Positions 1-9,048 of a DNA stretch of 64,000 nt are shown piece by piece. The number at the start of each line of letters is the position of its first letter. The first letter of the stretch is position 1. This DNA comes from Candidatus Culexmicrobium cathedralense (GTDB lineage: Archaea > Thermoproteota > Methanomethylicia > Culexarchaeales > Culexmicrobiaceae): positions 128,001-192,000 of the forward strand of contig JANZKC010000002.1 in assembly GCA_025061115.1 (NCBI GenBank), read 5' to 3'. The notes under the pieces were generated by a model that was not told the DNA's origin, made no database searches, and saw only the letters and a program-made list of their open reading frames with translations. The translations under genes were made by a program, and so were the position numbers.

Positions 1-1
1 C

Positions 2-643
2 AAAATAAAGCCGAAAAACGCATCAATACACGCCGCAAGAATGAAGCTAAGAAAAGTAACTGCAAAAAGCCTAATGGAAATGGAGGAAGAAGCCGAAAAA
101 GAGGCAATGAAGCTTGCAGACGCAAAGGTAGACGTAATAGCCTATGGATGCACAACCGGAAGCCTAGTAAAAGGAGCAAACCACGCCACGAAAATAGAGG
201 AAATAATCATGAAAGCAACAGGCCTACCAGCAGTAGCAACAGCAAACTCAGTAATAAGAGCACTAAAGGAATTAAACGCAGCAAAAATAGCAGTAGCAAC
301 CCCATACATCAAAGAGCTAAACAAGCTCGAAAAAACGTTCCTCCAAGCAAACGGATTCAAAGTAACCAAAATAATTGGACTAGAAATAGAAGATAACACC
401 GAAATAGGAAAACTACAACCCCAAGCAGCATACGAATTAGCATTAAAAGCAAACACGCCAGAAGCAGAAGCAATATTCATAAGCTGCACAAACTTCAGAA
501 CCATAGAAATAATCGAGAAACTAGAAAGAGAGCTTGGAAAACCAGTAATATCAAGCAACATTGCAACCCTATGGGACATGCTAAGAAAAATAAAGTACAA
601 GGGCAAAATACAAGGCTACGGAAAACTCCTACAAAGCATCTAA
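2..643 (+). CDS. Maleate cis-trans isomerase / Asp-Glu racemase family protein (5'-partial)
   Basis: YGCTTGS and ISCTNF catalytic Cys motifs, ATPY. The frame is open to the window start (KIKPKNASIHAARM), so the real start lies upstream. Confidence 0.85.
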   Translation, partial: KIKPKNASIHAARMKLRKVTAKSLMEMEEEAEKEAMKLADAKVDVIAYGCTTGSLVKGANHATKIEEIIMKATGLPAVATANSVIRALKELNAAKIAVATPYIKELNKLEKTFLQANGFKVTKIIGLEIEDNTEIGKLQPQAAYELALKANTPEAEAIFISCTNFRTIEIIEKLERELGKPVISSNIATLWDMLRKIKYKGKIQGYGKLLQSI

Positions 644-665
644 CCTAACCAAATAAAATAAGAAG

Positions 666-1889
666 CTAGGGAAGAGAATCCGCATCCCTACTCAAAACAG
701 GTAGACGCCCAACATCCACCTCAATCACATCAAGGTACTTCAAGCCAGAGCCAGTCAAGTAAAGCAGAATTCTATCACTAGGATCAACAGCACCCTCCTC
801 CAACAAATGAGGAAGAGCAGCATGAGTAGCAGCAGCCTCAGGACAAACGAATAAGCCCTCCCTAGCCAAAGCCCTCATCGAAGACAATATCTCCTCATCG
901 GAAACAGCAACAGCATAACCATCAGTCTCCCTAATCGCCCTCAAAACAAGGTAACTAGCATAAGGCTTAGGAACCCTCAAGCCAGCAGCAATAGTCCTAG
1001 CATTAGGCCAAGGCTCCTCAACCTCACCCTTACCCTCCCTAAAAGCCTTAACCAATGGAGCACAGCCACTAGACTGAACAATAATTAATCGCGGAACCTC
1101 ACTCTCCCCAATCCAGCCAAGCTCAACAAGCTCCCTAAAACCCTTCCAAAGACCAATAACACCCTCACCCCCACCAGTAGGAAACACAATAACGTCCGGA
1201 GGATGCCAATCAAACTGCTCAGAAATCTCATAAGCCATCAACTTATAGCCCTCAAACCTATAAGGTTGCTTATTAGTAGACAAATCAAACCAACCATACT
1301 TACCCTTCAACCTATCAACAATCCTAGCAGCATCACCAATCAAACCATCAACAAGATAAACCCTAGCCCCATAACTAACACACTCCTTCAAAGTACTCAA
1401 AGGAGCATCCCTAGGCATAAACGTGTAAACCTCCATGCCAGCCCTAGCCCCATAAGCAGCCAAAGCAGCAGCCGCATTACCAGCACTAGGAATAGCAACA
1501 CGCCCAACCCCAAGCTCCCTCAAAATAGAAACAGCAACACTCATACCCCTAGCCTTAAAAGTACCAGTAGGCAACCTACCATCATCCTTAACAAAAACAT
1601 TACCGAAACCAAAAACAGATTCTTTAGGCAAATGTAAAATAGGAGTATAAAACTCACCAAGAGAAACAATATTGGTCAAATTATTAATTGGGAGAAAAAT
1701 AGAATACTTCCAAAAAACATCATATTTTTTCTCTAAATCAATTTTAGATATTTTAAGGTTATACAAATTAAATCTATATAGCAGAGCTCCACCGCATTTT
1801 ACGCATATATTTACAGGTTTTTTAAGTTCATAGGTGAAACCACAATAACTACAAGCTATCTGATGCGACACCAAAGGTCCCTCCAACAA
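666..1889 (-). CDS. thrC: Threonine synthase-like PLP enzyme
   Basis: N-terminal CxxC..CxxC, LPTGTFKARG PLP lysine motif, SAGNAAAALAAY, PTGGG, TGSGLK. Confidence 0.8.
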   Translation of the reverse strand: MLEGPLVSHQIACSYCGFTYELKKPVNICVKCGGALLYRFNLYNLKISKIDLEKKYDVFWKYSIFLPINNLTNIVSLGEFYTPILHLPKESVFGFGNVFVKDDGRLPTGTFKARGMSVAVSILRELGVGRVAIPSAGNAAAALAAYGARAGMEVYTFMPRDAPLSTLKECVSYGARVYLVDGLIGDAARIVDRLKGKYGWFDLSTNKQPYRFEGYKLMAYEISEQFDWHPPDVIVFPTGGGEGVIGLWKGFRELVELGWIGESEVPRLIIVQSSGCAPLVKAFREGKGEVEEPWPNARTIAAGLRVPKPYASYLVLRAIRETDGYAVAVSDEEILSSMRALAREGLFVCPEAAATHAALPHLLEEGAVDPSDRILLYLTGSGLKYLDVIEVDVGRLPVLSRDADSLP

Positions 1890-1926
1890 AATATGATAAA
1901 AATTAAAATAAAACGGTTAATCTGTT

Positions 1927-2487
1927 TTATGGTAGAACAACTGTCTTTGGATACTCTTTTCCAGCTACAGTATGCACTTTGAATTCCACACTTTGGCCAT
2001 GAGCAAAACCTGATTCATCTGGTATATCAATTATTATAGCAATGGTTTTCTCTTCACCTGCATTTATTGTTACCTGTTCATTTTGAAAATTAATGTCATC
2101 CCAGTTGTTTTGATCACCTCCAGGATAATAATCGATAAAATTATTCCCTTTTACATACGTAGGTGAAGTCTTGCCGTTTGATCCTTTATAAAGGAGTATT
2201 TTTATAACACCTGTATAGGCCGAACTAGGTTTAACATTTATCAAAATGTCATCAATTGTTGCAGTATCACTTCCAGAATTTCTTAGCTGCAGTACAACTA
2301 ACCATGGACCGTCCGTATCATTCCAAACGGCATATGCATTTGTTACTTCTATTTTTTCATATCTTGTGAATAATCCTGTTATGCCCGTCATCCAGAATGC
2401 TACGGCTACTGCTATTGCAATTGCTACTGAGACTATTATGACTGTTGCTATAACTGGTGATATTCCTTTATTATTTAGACTTTTCAA
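1927..2487 (-). CDS. Archaeal type IV pilin (probable major pilin)
   Basis: Class III signal peptide NNKG|ISPVIATVII followed by a long hydrophobic helix. GGAGGTG RBS before the TTG start. Confidence 0.9.
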   Translation of the reverse strand: MKSLNNKGISPVIATVIIVSVAIAIAVAVAFWMTGITGLFTRYEKIEVTNAYAVWNDTDGPWLVVLQLRNSGSDTATIDDILINVKPSSAYTGVIKILLYKGSNGKTSPTYVKGNNFIDYYPGGDQNNWDDINFQNEQVTINAGEEKTIAIIIDIPDESGFAHGQSVEFKVHTVAGKEYPKTVVLP

Positions 2488-2499
2488 TCTTACACCTCC

Positions 2500-2660
2500 T
2501 ATTATTCGACTTGACTTATAAACTTAAAAATATTTATATATGTTTCGTTTATGCCATTAGATATTTTTGATTTTTAATTTTAATTTGCTTTTTATTTTTG
2601 GTTTTTTGTGCTCTTTAATAACGTTTATATAAGTGTCTTTATGTAAATTTTCTGCGATTA
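2500..2660. promoter_or_regulatory. Divergent AT-rich promoter region between pilin and pilus ATPase
   Basis: TATA-like boxes (TTTATAAG on minus near 2515-2522; TTTATATA at ~2533 and ~2624) between divergent genes. Confidence 0.45.
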
Positions 2661-2674
2661 CGAGGGTTTTATTT

Positions 2675-4273
2675 ATGGTTAAGATTAAGTTTTGGCGTAG
2701 AGGTAGAAAAGAGCCGGGGCTTGGCGAGGAAGTTATTGCTGCTATTGAGAAGGAGCCTGTTGTCATTTTGCCTTTGAAGCCCGAATATGAGATTATTGAG
2801 TCTTACTATGTTTATGAGCCGTATGCTAAGGTTAATATTGTTTCTATTCCTGAGGCTGGTGGTGCTTTAGCTTATTATGTTGAGGAGTATAGGTTGAGTG
2901 AGGATGAGAAGGATACTTTTGAGAAGCTCGTGGATATTCTTGTTGAGGAGCTTCGTCCTGCTGAGAGTTTTGAGGATTTGAAGAAATTTGTTTTTTCAGA
3001 GCTTAGGCGGATTGCTGATAGGTATCGCGGCAAGCTTAATTTGGTTGGTGGTAGGAGGGCTAGGGTTCTTTATTATGTTGAGAGGAACCTTTTAGGTTAT
3101 GGTCCTATTGATGCTTTGATGCGTGATCCTTACATTGAAGATATTAGCTGTGATGGAGTTAACAAGCCCGTCTATGTTTGGCATAGAAGATATGAAAATA
3201 TTCCAACGAACATTATTTTCAAGGATATGAATTATCTTAACGAATTTATTTTGAAGTTGGCTCACATGGCTGGTAAGCATATTTCATTGGCGTATCCAGT
3301 GTTGGATGCCATGCTTCCTGAAAAGCATAGGCTTGCTGCTACCTTTGGAACTGAAGTCTCACCTAAGGGTCCAACTTTTACTATTAGGAAGTTTAGGGAG
3401 AAGCCATTCTCAATTACTGAGCTTATTCAGTATGGAGTTATCAATGACGTTGCAGCTGGCTATATTTGGCTTATGCTTGAGCATGGGAGAACATTGATGA
3501 TTGCCGGTGGAACTGGAGCTGGAAAGACAACTCTACTGAATGCTTTTAGCTTGTTTATTAAGCCTGGAATGAAGGTTGTAACTGTTGAGGATATTCCTGA
3601 ATTGAATTTACCTCATGAGAATTGGGTTCAATTAACTATTAGGCCAGGCTACACCGTTGGTACTAAGGCAGGTGAAATCGAATTATTTGACCTGGTTAAA
3701 CTCAGCTTGAGATATAGGCCGGACTACTTAATCGTAGGCGAGGTTAGAGGCAGTGAAGCGTTCGTGCTATTTCAAGCAATGGCAACTGGACACGGAGGTT
3801 TATCTACGATACATGCTGAAACACTTGATTATGCAATTAAAAGGTTGACATCTCCACCAATGAACATTCCTCCAACGTACATGAGGCTAATGAACATATT
3901 TGCGCACATCCAGAAGGTAACTACTAGAGCTAAAAGTGGAGCTGTCAGAGTGACCAGAAGAGTTACTGTTATTCAGGAAGTAGCGGACTACGATGACTAT
4001 AGACTTGTCGTGAAGTGGGATCCTTCAAATGATTCCCACGAAGTTTACCTAGACAACTCAATAATGCTTAAGGATATAAGCGATAAACTAGCAATACCAA
4101 TCGAAGAATTAAAGAGTGAAATTTTAAGGAGAGCTGAAGTACTTCGCTGGCTGAGGCTCAAAGGAATATTTGATGTATGGGAGGTAAGCAAATACATATT
4201 CCAATACTACTACGACCCAAATGGAGTGTACGGTCAAGCTTCAAAGGAATTAGCTGAAGTTGAAGCTAAATAG
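2675..4273 (+). CDS. Type IV pilus / type II secretion assembly ATPase (VirB11/ArlI-like)
   Basis: Walker A GGTGAGKTT, LRYRPDYLIVGEVRG, ATGHGGLSTIHA, EDISCDG. Start moved to ATG 2675. Confidence 0.95.
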   Translation: MVKIKFWRRGRKEPGLGEEVIAAIEKEPVVILPLKPEYEIIESYYVYEPYAKVNIVSIPEAGGALAYYVEEYRLSEDEKDTFEKLVDILVEELRPAESFEDLKKFVFSELRRIADRYRGKLNLVGGRRARVLYYVERNLLGYGPIDALMRDPYIEDISCDGVNKPVYVWHRRYENIPTNIIFKDMNYLNEFILKLAHMAGKHISLAYPVLDAMLPEKHRLAATFGTEVSPKGPTFTIRKFREKPFSITELIQYGVINDVAAGYIWLMLEHGRTLMIAGGTGAGKTTLLNAFSLFIKPGMKVVTVEDIPELNLPHENWVQLTIRPGYTVGTKAGEIELFDLVKLSLRYRPDYLIVGEVRGSEAFVLFQAMATGHGGLSTIHAETLDYAIKRLTSPPMNIPPTYMRLMNIFAHIQKVTTRAKSGAVRVTRRVTVIQEVADYDDYRLVVKWDPSNDSHEVYLDNSIMLKDISDKLAIPIEELKSEILRRAEVLRWLRLKGIFDVWEVSKYIFQYYYDPNGVYGQASKELAEVEAK

Positions 4274-4374
4274 CTATTTCAAGATAGGCAAACTAATTTA
4301 TTCACATTTTACATATACTTATTCGAAGCTAGGAAGCTCCAGTAATTAACGATAAACAGCGAGGTCAAAGCAAA

Positions 4375-5529
4375 TTGCTCCCGCAAAGAGGTAAAATTAT
4401 AGATTACATAAATTTGGTTGAAGAGCCACTATTAGAAGTCATTAGCAAGCTGCGGGAAAACAAGGCTACAGCAAGAATTCAAGGACTCCTCATACTACCT
4501 GGCAGAAGCGGCGAAGTATACATGGACTTTAAAGAAGGAACGCCAATAATAGCCATTCTAGCCGAGAAAGGCGTGGAATTGAAGGGAGATATAGCATGGC
4601 AGGAACTCTTAACTTCATATAAAGATGCTGCAGGCTTCCTAGAAATATATGAATTAAAGCCCGAAGAAGCAGATGAAGATTTAAAGTTAAAGCCAGACTC
4701 AAAAATCAAAATTACCGCTCCACTTAAAATAGAGCTGCCAAAAGTACATTCAAACATTGAAAAGTATAGCGAAAAACTATCATCCAACATAGTATATAAG
4801 ACGGCAATGATAATTCACAGCGTACACTTAAATGCAAGAGCTGAAAAAGCAGCAGCATCAGCAAGCCTATCAGCCGTAATATCAAACGAAATAGCTGAGA
4901 GCATAGGAGCAACAAGATACGTCATAGCCACAATATACGGCTCTAAGAAGTGGAAATCAGTAGAGGTCCTAGCTAGGAACGGTGAGGTGCTAGCAGCAAT
5001 AACCTACAAATTAGATGGAGTAATACGCGGCGTAATGGCGCTAAAAATAATGCTAAATCCAGCACTACTAGGAGAGTACTCCTCATTCGACATCCTAATC
5101 TACGACGTCAAAGTAGATCCAATAGCAATACTGGAAGAGGAAATAAAGGAGGAAAAAGCAGAAGAAACCATAAAAACAGAAGAAGAACCCAAGCCAAAAG
5201 CGGAAGTGAAGGAAGTTAAAGCTGAGACAATGGAAAAGGCTAAGGAAATAACCTCTATAGAAGAAGCCAAGAAATATCTTAATAAATTGCAAGATAAAGC
5301 CACAGAATATTTCAAAGAAGTATTAGACACTTTAGGTTATGAATTAAAGAAACTTACAATAGAAATGACGGATAAAATAGAATTTAAAGTTAAAATAAAG
5401 AAGAAAAGATTCGCCTTTAGAAGTGCGAACATGAGAATCGTACGAAGAGAAATAAATGATGAAGCAAGATGGATAATGGAGGAATTGAGAATAAAACTTC
5501 CGGTAGAAGTTGAGGTAGAGAGAATTTAA
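4375..5529 (+). CDS. Hypothetical protein (possibly DUF2226-like repeats, Glu/Lys-rich linker)
   Basis: 384-aa ORF downstream of the ATPase. Two similar segments ending in G..A..(helix)..(L/I)(E/L)IY, then a charged linker and a basic C-terminal domain. Family call is tentative. Confidence 0.6.
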   Translation: MLPQRGKIIDYINLVEEPLLEVISKLRENKATARIQGLLILPGRSGEVYMDFKEGTPIIAILAEKGVELKGDIAWQELLTSYKDAAGFLEIYELKPEEADEDLKLKPDSKIKITAPLKIELPKVHSNIEKYSEKLSSNIVYKTAMIIHSVHLNARAEKAAASASLSAVISNEIAESIGATRYVIATIYGSKKWKSVEVLARNGEVLAAITYKLDGVIRGVMALKIMLNPALLGEYSSFDILIYDVKVDPIAILEEEIKEEKAEETIKTEEEPKPKAEVKEVKAETMEKAKEITSIEEAKKYLNKLQDKATEYFKEVLDTLGYELKKLTIEMTDKIEFKVKIKKKRFAFRSANMRIVRREINDEARWIMEELRIKLPVEVEVERI

Positions 5530-6269
5530 CTTTCCGCAACAATGTGAACACAAACAATAACCCCATTATACTTAAGATAAGCATAGATTTCTTTTGAGAC
5601 TCCTTTAGGGATAAAATCTCCAAACCCATTAATTCCTGAACCATAATAATAGTAATGCAATTTCCTTATCGGTAGCTCCAGACCTTCACCAGTAGGCTTT
5701 TTAATTATATCTATTTTTATTATAGAGACGGGAACACCCATATTTTTAAAAACATCAATTACAGTAACATTAAAAGCATCAATTTTCTTGCCAACAACAC
5801 TGACAACAACATTAGGATTAATAACCAATAATCCAACAGTATAATTTAATTTTAAAGCATAAAAACCCAGAGGTTCTGCTTTAACTGTTAAGTTCGCAGT
5901 GATGATTGATAACCAAGGAGGCTCAGGATCATACCATTGAAAATCAATATTGAATGTGAAATATGCAACCACACCTTTGCCAGAATAAGCTGCAGTGAAA
6001 TTTTCGATCCAAGAAGATAAATACGCGGATGCAGTTTCATTTGCTTCATCAAGATCCCCCGTATTCATATAAACTTCAGATGCTAATGAAAGAGCTGCTG
6101 TTAATGCTCTCGGCGCATCATCAACTGCATTTAATATCGAAACTGGAAAAGAAACTTCCTGCGAACGTCTAATTCTTAAATCTCCAGCAGTTACAATTGC
6201 TGCCATAGCTATTATTGCAATCATAAGAGATACTGAGGCAAGAATAACTAGTTGCCCTCGCTTATTCAT
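5526..6269 (-). CDS. Minor pilin-like protein
   Basis: KRG|QLVI class III signal plus hydrophobic helix; last gene of the TadC operon. Confidence 0.8.
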   Translation of the reverse strand: MNKRGQLVILASVSLMIAIIAMAAIVTAGDLRIRRSQEVSFPVSILNAVDDAPRALTAALSLASEVYMNTGDLDEANETASAYLSSWIENFTAAYSGKGVVAYFTFNIDFQWYDPEPPWLSIITANLTVKAEPLGFYALKLNYTVGLLVINPNVVVSVVGKKIDAFNVTVIDVFKNMGVPVSIIKIDIIKKPTGEGLELPIRKLHYYYYGSGINGFGDFIPKGVSKEIYAYLKYNGVIVCVHIVAES

Positions 6270-6664
6270 CCTCCCACCGCAACTTTCAAAATTATAATAT
6301 AAGTACGTTTATGTGCTATACTCGTGTATACGTAGTGAATCGTTACTTCAGGCTCAAAATTAGCGACATTACAGAGCTCATATTTAATGCTATATGTGTA
6401 AACAGTAAAATTGAAGCTTGAATGTAAAGGTAAAGTATTATTTAATATCATTAGAAGGAGAGATTTGTCCCCATCAATAAAATCATCTATCGCACCTGAG
6501 GAAATGGCTGCATTTATTGCGGAAAGCCCACTCCTAAATAATGCTTGATTTCTGCGTGGAAGGGCTTCTGCCATATCAATATACCTTAATGATATTGCCG
6601 TAAAAATAAATACTATAGATAGAGCAGCAACTGCACCAACTATGCGAATTTGCCCTTTACTCAT
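6266..6664 (-). CDS. Minor pilin-like protein
   Basis: KG|QIRI class III signal; 4-nt overlaps with both neighbours. Confidence 0.8.
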   Translation of the reverse strand: MSKGQIRIVGAVAALSIVFIFTAISLRYIDMAEALPRRNQALFRSGLSAINAAISSGAIDDFIDGDKSLLLMILNNTLPLHSSFNFTVYTYSIKYELCNVANFEPEVTIHYVYTSIAHKRTYIIILKVAVGG

Positions 6665-7773
6665 CTACTTGCCCTCCACATATATAATTTAATCAAATAA
6701 TTTGCAAAGCCAATAAATACAAATTTGCTTGCAACTCCACTCATAGTAGGTGGCGTTAATCCACCATATCTTAAATTGATTATATTCAAATAGCCATTGG
6801 GTAAGTGTATTGGAGCTGGGTAAGTGAAGAAAACCGAAATTACTGATTCATTATATGCAAGTAGGAAAACGACCTCATCATCAATTCCACCGAACGAGTT
6901 CTCAAGTAAAACTTCATATACATATATAGAATTGTCTTCGTCTACTTGAAAGGGAGAGAAGTTAACTTCCCATTTGAAGCCTTCGTCGGTATTATTTGTT
7001 TCGATAGTTGGATTTGTACGTTTTCCTTTAAATGTATATTCGATAACGGTATAGTTTCGGAAAACTTGCAATAAATTTACTTCATTGGCGTTCAATTCAA
7101 TACAAGAAATTATGAATCTATCAATTGCAAATCCACAGTTAACGTCTTCATCAACCCAGTAGCTTATTGAACAAGTTGAATTGTAATAAGCTATTGCAGC
7201 TACAACTTTTACTTCATCATTAACGGTAATAACAGGCTGGGAAAATAAACTTACATTAACTCCTGCAACCGATTCAGTGACTACAATTACATTTACATCA
7301 ACTAGCGGAGTAATGTTTTTTCCTTTATTGTTGTAGGTTTTAATTTCAACATTATTGTTTGTGACGGTTATTGATATATTGAGCGCCGGTATGAAATCTA
7401 TTATGAAACCTCTATATTGTAAAGAAATCCAATTTAGTAGGAAATCTTCTGGAGACATGTAAAATGGATTGTTAGTAGTATTATAAAAAGATCCTAGAGC
7501 TCTAAAAGTTAATGCATTTACTTTTCCCTTATCTAGATGTCCAGGCAAATTACTACTTAAGCCGAAGTCTTCTAGTTCATTGCCGTTTATTATTGCTTCT
7601 CCCCAATTTTCTGGTTGACCTGCAGTTAAAGTTATTTTGTCAAGTAATGACATAGCTTCAAGATCTAATTTATAATCGATGGGAGCTACCATACTAGCAA
7701 GAATAGAGCTAGACGCAATAAATAGCAATACTATGATTATCGCCGTTAATGAATACTCGATAGGCTCTTTCAA
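6661..7773 (-). CDS. Pilus-associated membrane-anchored protein (minor pilin/adhesin-like)
   Basis: N-terminal TM helix, G-x-P-x-x-W...FGL motif, many N-x-S/T sequons, inside the pilus operon. Confidence 0.7.
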   Translation of the reverse strand: MKEPIEYSLTAIIIVLLFIASSSILASMVAPIDYKLDLEAMSLLDKITLTAGQPENWGEAIINGNELEDFGLSSNLPGHLDKGKVNALTFRALGSFYNTTNNPFYMSPEDFLLNWISLQYRGFIIDFIPALNISITVTNNNVEIKTYNNKGKNITPLVDVNVIVVTESVAGVNVSLFSQPVITVNDEVKVVAAIAYYNSTCSISYWVDEDVNCGFAIDRFIISCIELNANEVNLLQVFRNYTVIEYTFKGKRTNPTIETNNTDEGFKWEVNFSPFQVDEDNSIYVYEVLLENSFGGIDDEVVFLLAYNESVISVFFTYPAPIHLPNGYLNIINLRYGGLTPPTMSGVASKFVFIGFANYLIKLYMWRASR

Positions 7774-7775
7774 TT

Positions 7776-8243
7776 CTAACTACCTCTCATATAAACTAGT
7801 TTTATTTGTAATCCGCTATCCGTTGCAGTTATATTTATATAATTTCTGTTAGATCCGCTGTAAATTGATGAAGATAATATTGTGAATACATTGGTTGATA
7901 ATGGTACCGGAACGTTGACTTCAGGCCTTGGATAGGTGATTGGTTTTAGAGTTAATATGACTTTGCCATTAACAATACCAATAGAAACTGTATAATGACC
8001 AAGTGAACATTCATTTGGCATTTCAATCCTAATTAATGTCGATTCTCCAGGTAGCAAGTTATAAGCAATAGAAACCGATTCAACCATTTGACTTGCAATA
8101 CTACTTCCAATTGCTTCAAGTTCTTTTCTTGCAATTTTTTCCTTATACTCATAAACTAAAACCGTTGATGAGGATGCAACTATTAAGAATATTAATATTA
8201 GTGCTGTAAACCCAATAATTCCCGACATAGCTGAATGTGGCAA
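7776..8243 (-). CDS. Minor pilin-like protein
   Basis: N-terminal hydrophobic helix, amphipathic helix and beta-rich domain, inside the pilus operon. Confidence 0.7.
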   Translation of the reverse strand: MPHSAMSGIIGFTALILIFLIVASSSTVLVYEYKEKIARKELEAIGSSIASQMVESVSIAYNLLPGESTLIRIEMPNECSLGHYTVSIGIVNGKVILTLKPITYPRPEVNVPVPLSTNVFTILSSSIYSGSNRNYINITATDSGLQIKLVYMRGS

Positions 8244-8247
8244 GTTT

Positions 8248-9048
8248 TCACCTCACTTTATAAAGCACTACATGTTTGACTAGTTTAATTTTTAGAAAAC
8301 AGCTCCCTTCAACAATTATTTGCGTTTCAGTACCTAGTTGCTCATCGTCAAGATATAGCGCAAATGTTATAGTTATGGGATTGATGATATACCCATCATA
8401 TATTGTTTGCTCATTAGTATCTCTATATAAAACTTCTATTGTTCCTGAACCAGTTGCAGATTCAGCCTCCCAGCATGCATCAATATAGGCTAGCTCGATT
8501 ATTACTTCATCACTGCTACCGCTTGGAATGCGATACTCTTTCATTAAAAGTCTTGTGAAGTTTAGTACAGCACCCACTCTACCTACACTTATATCCCACA
8601 TTGTTTGAACAATTGGTGTTGAAAATATATCGCTTACAAAAGCAGGATTATCATTGTCACCATAAATTACTTGGTTTTCATATGAGGCATATTCGCCGCC
8701 ATAACATGCAACTATTAAAATGTCTGAATCTACCGTAATTTCATTAGGTATGTCTAAAAATGGACTTGCAGATATTTTCAATACTAAGTTTTTATTTAAT
8801 CTTATGAAGTTTAATCTTATTGTTCTACTTGAAAACCTTATTTCAGCTCCAACTCCACTTTGAATCGTATTTATAGTTTCCTCAGCAAGCATCTTCATAG
8901 AGTTTTTAGCATTTTCAAACTCGGCTTGCTGCACAGTCGATTCTAGCGAATATATTGCGTAGTTAAAAAGCATGATAATTAAGACTATCGATATTGAAGC
9001 TATTATTACAACTGAAATCGTATGTGATTGTGCTTTTTGGCTACTCAT
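8248..9048 (-). CDS. Minor pilin-like protein
   Basis: KA|QS class III signal, hydrophobic helix, QQAEFENAKNSM helix. Confidence 0.8.
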   Translation of the reverse strand: MSSQKAQSHTISVVIIASISIVLIIMLFNYAIYSLESTVQQAEFENAKNSMKMLAEETINTIQSGVGAEIRFSSRTIRLNFIRLNKNLVLKISASPFLDIPNEITVDSDILIVACYGGEYASYENQVIYGDNDNPAFVSDIFSTPIVQTMWDISVGRVGAVLNFTRLLMKEYRIPSGSSDEVIIELAYIDACWEAESATGSGTIEVLYRDTNEQTIYDGYIINPITITFALYLDDEQLGTETQIIVEGSCFLKIKLVKHVVLYKVR

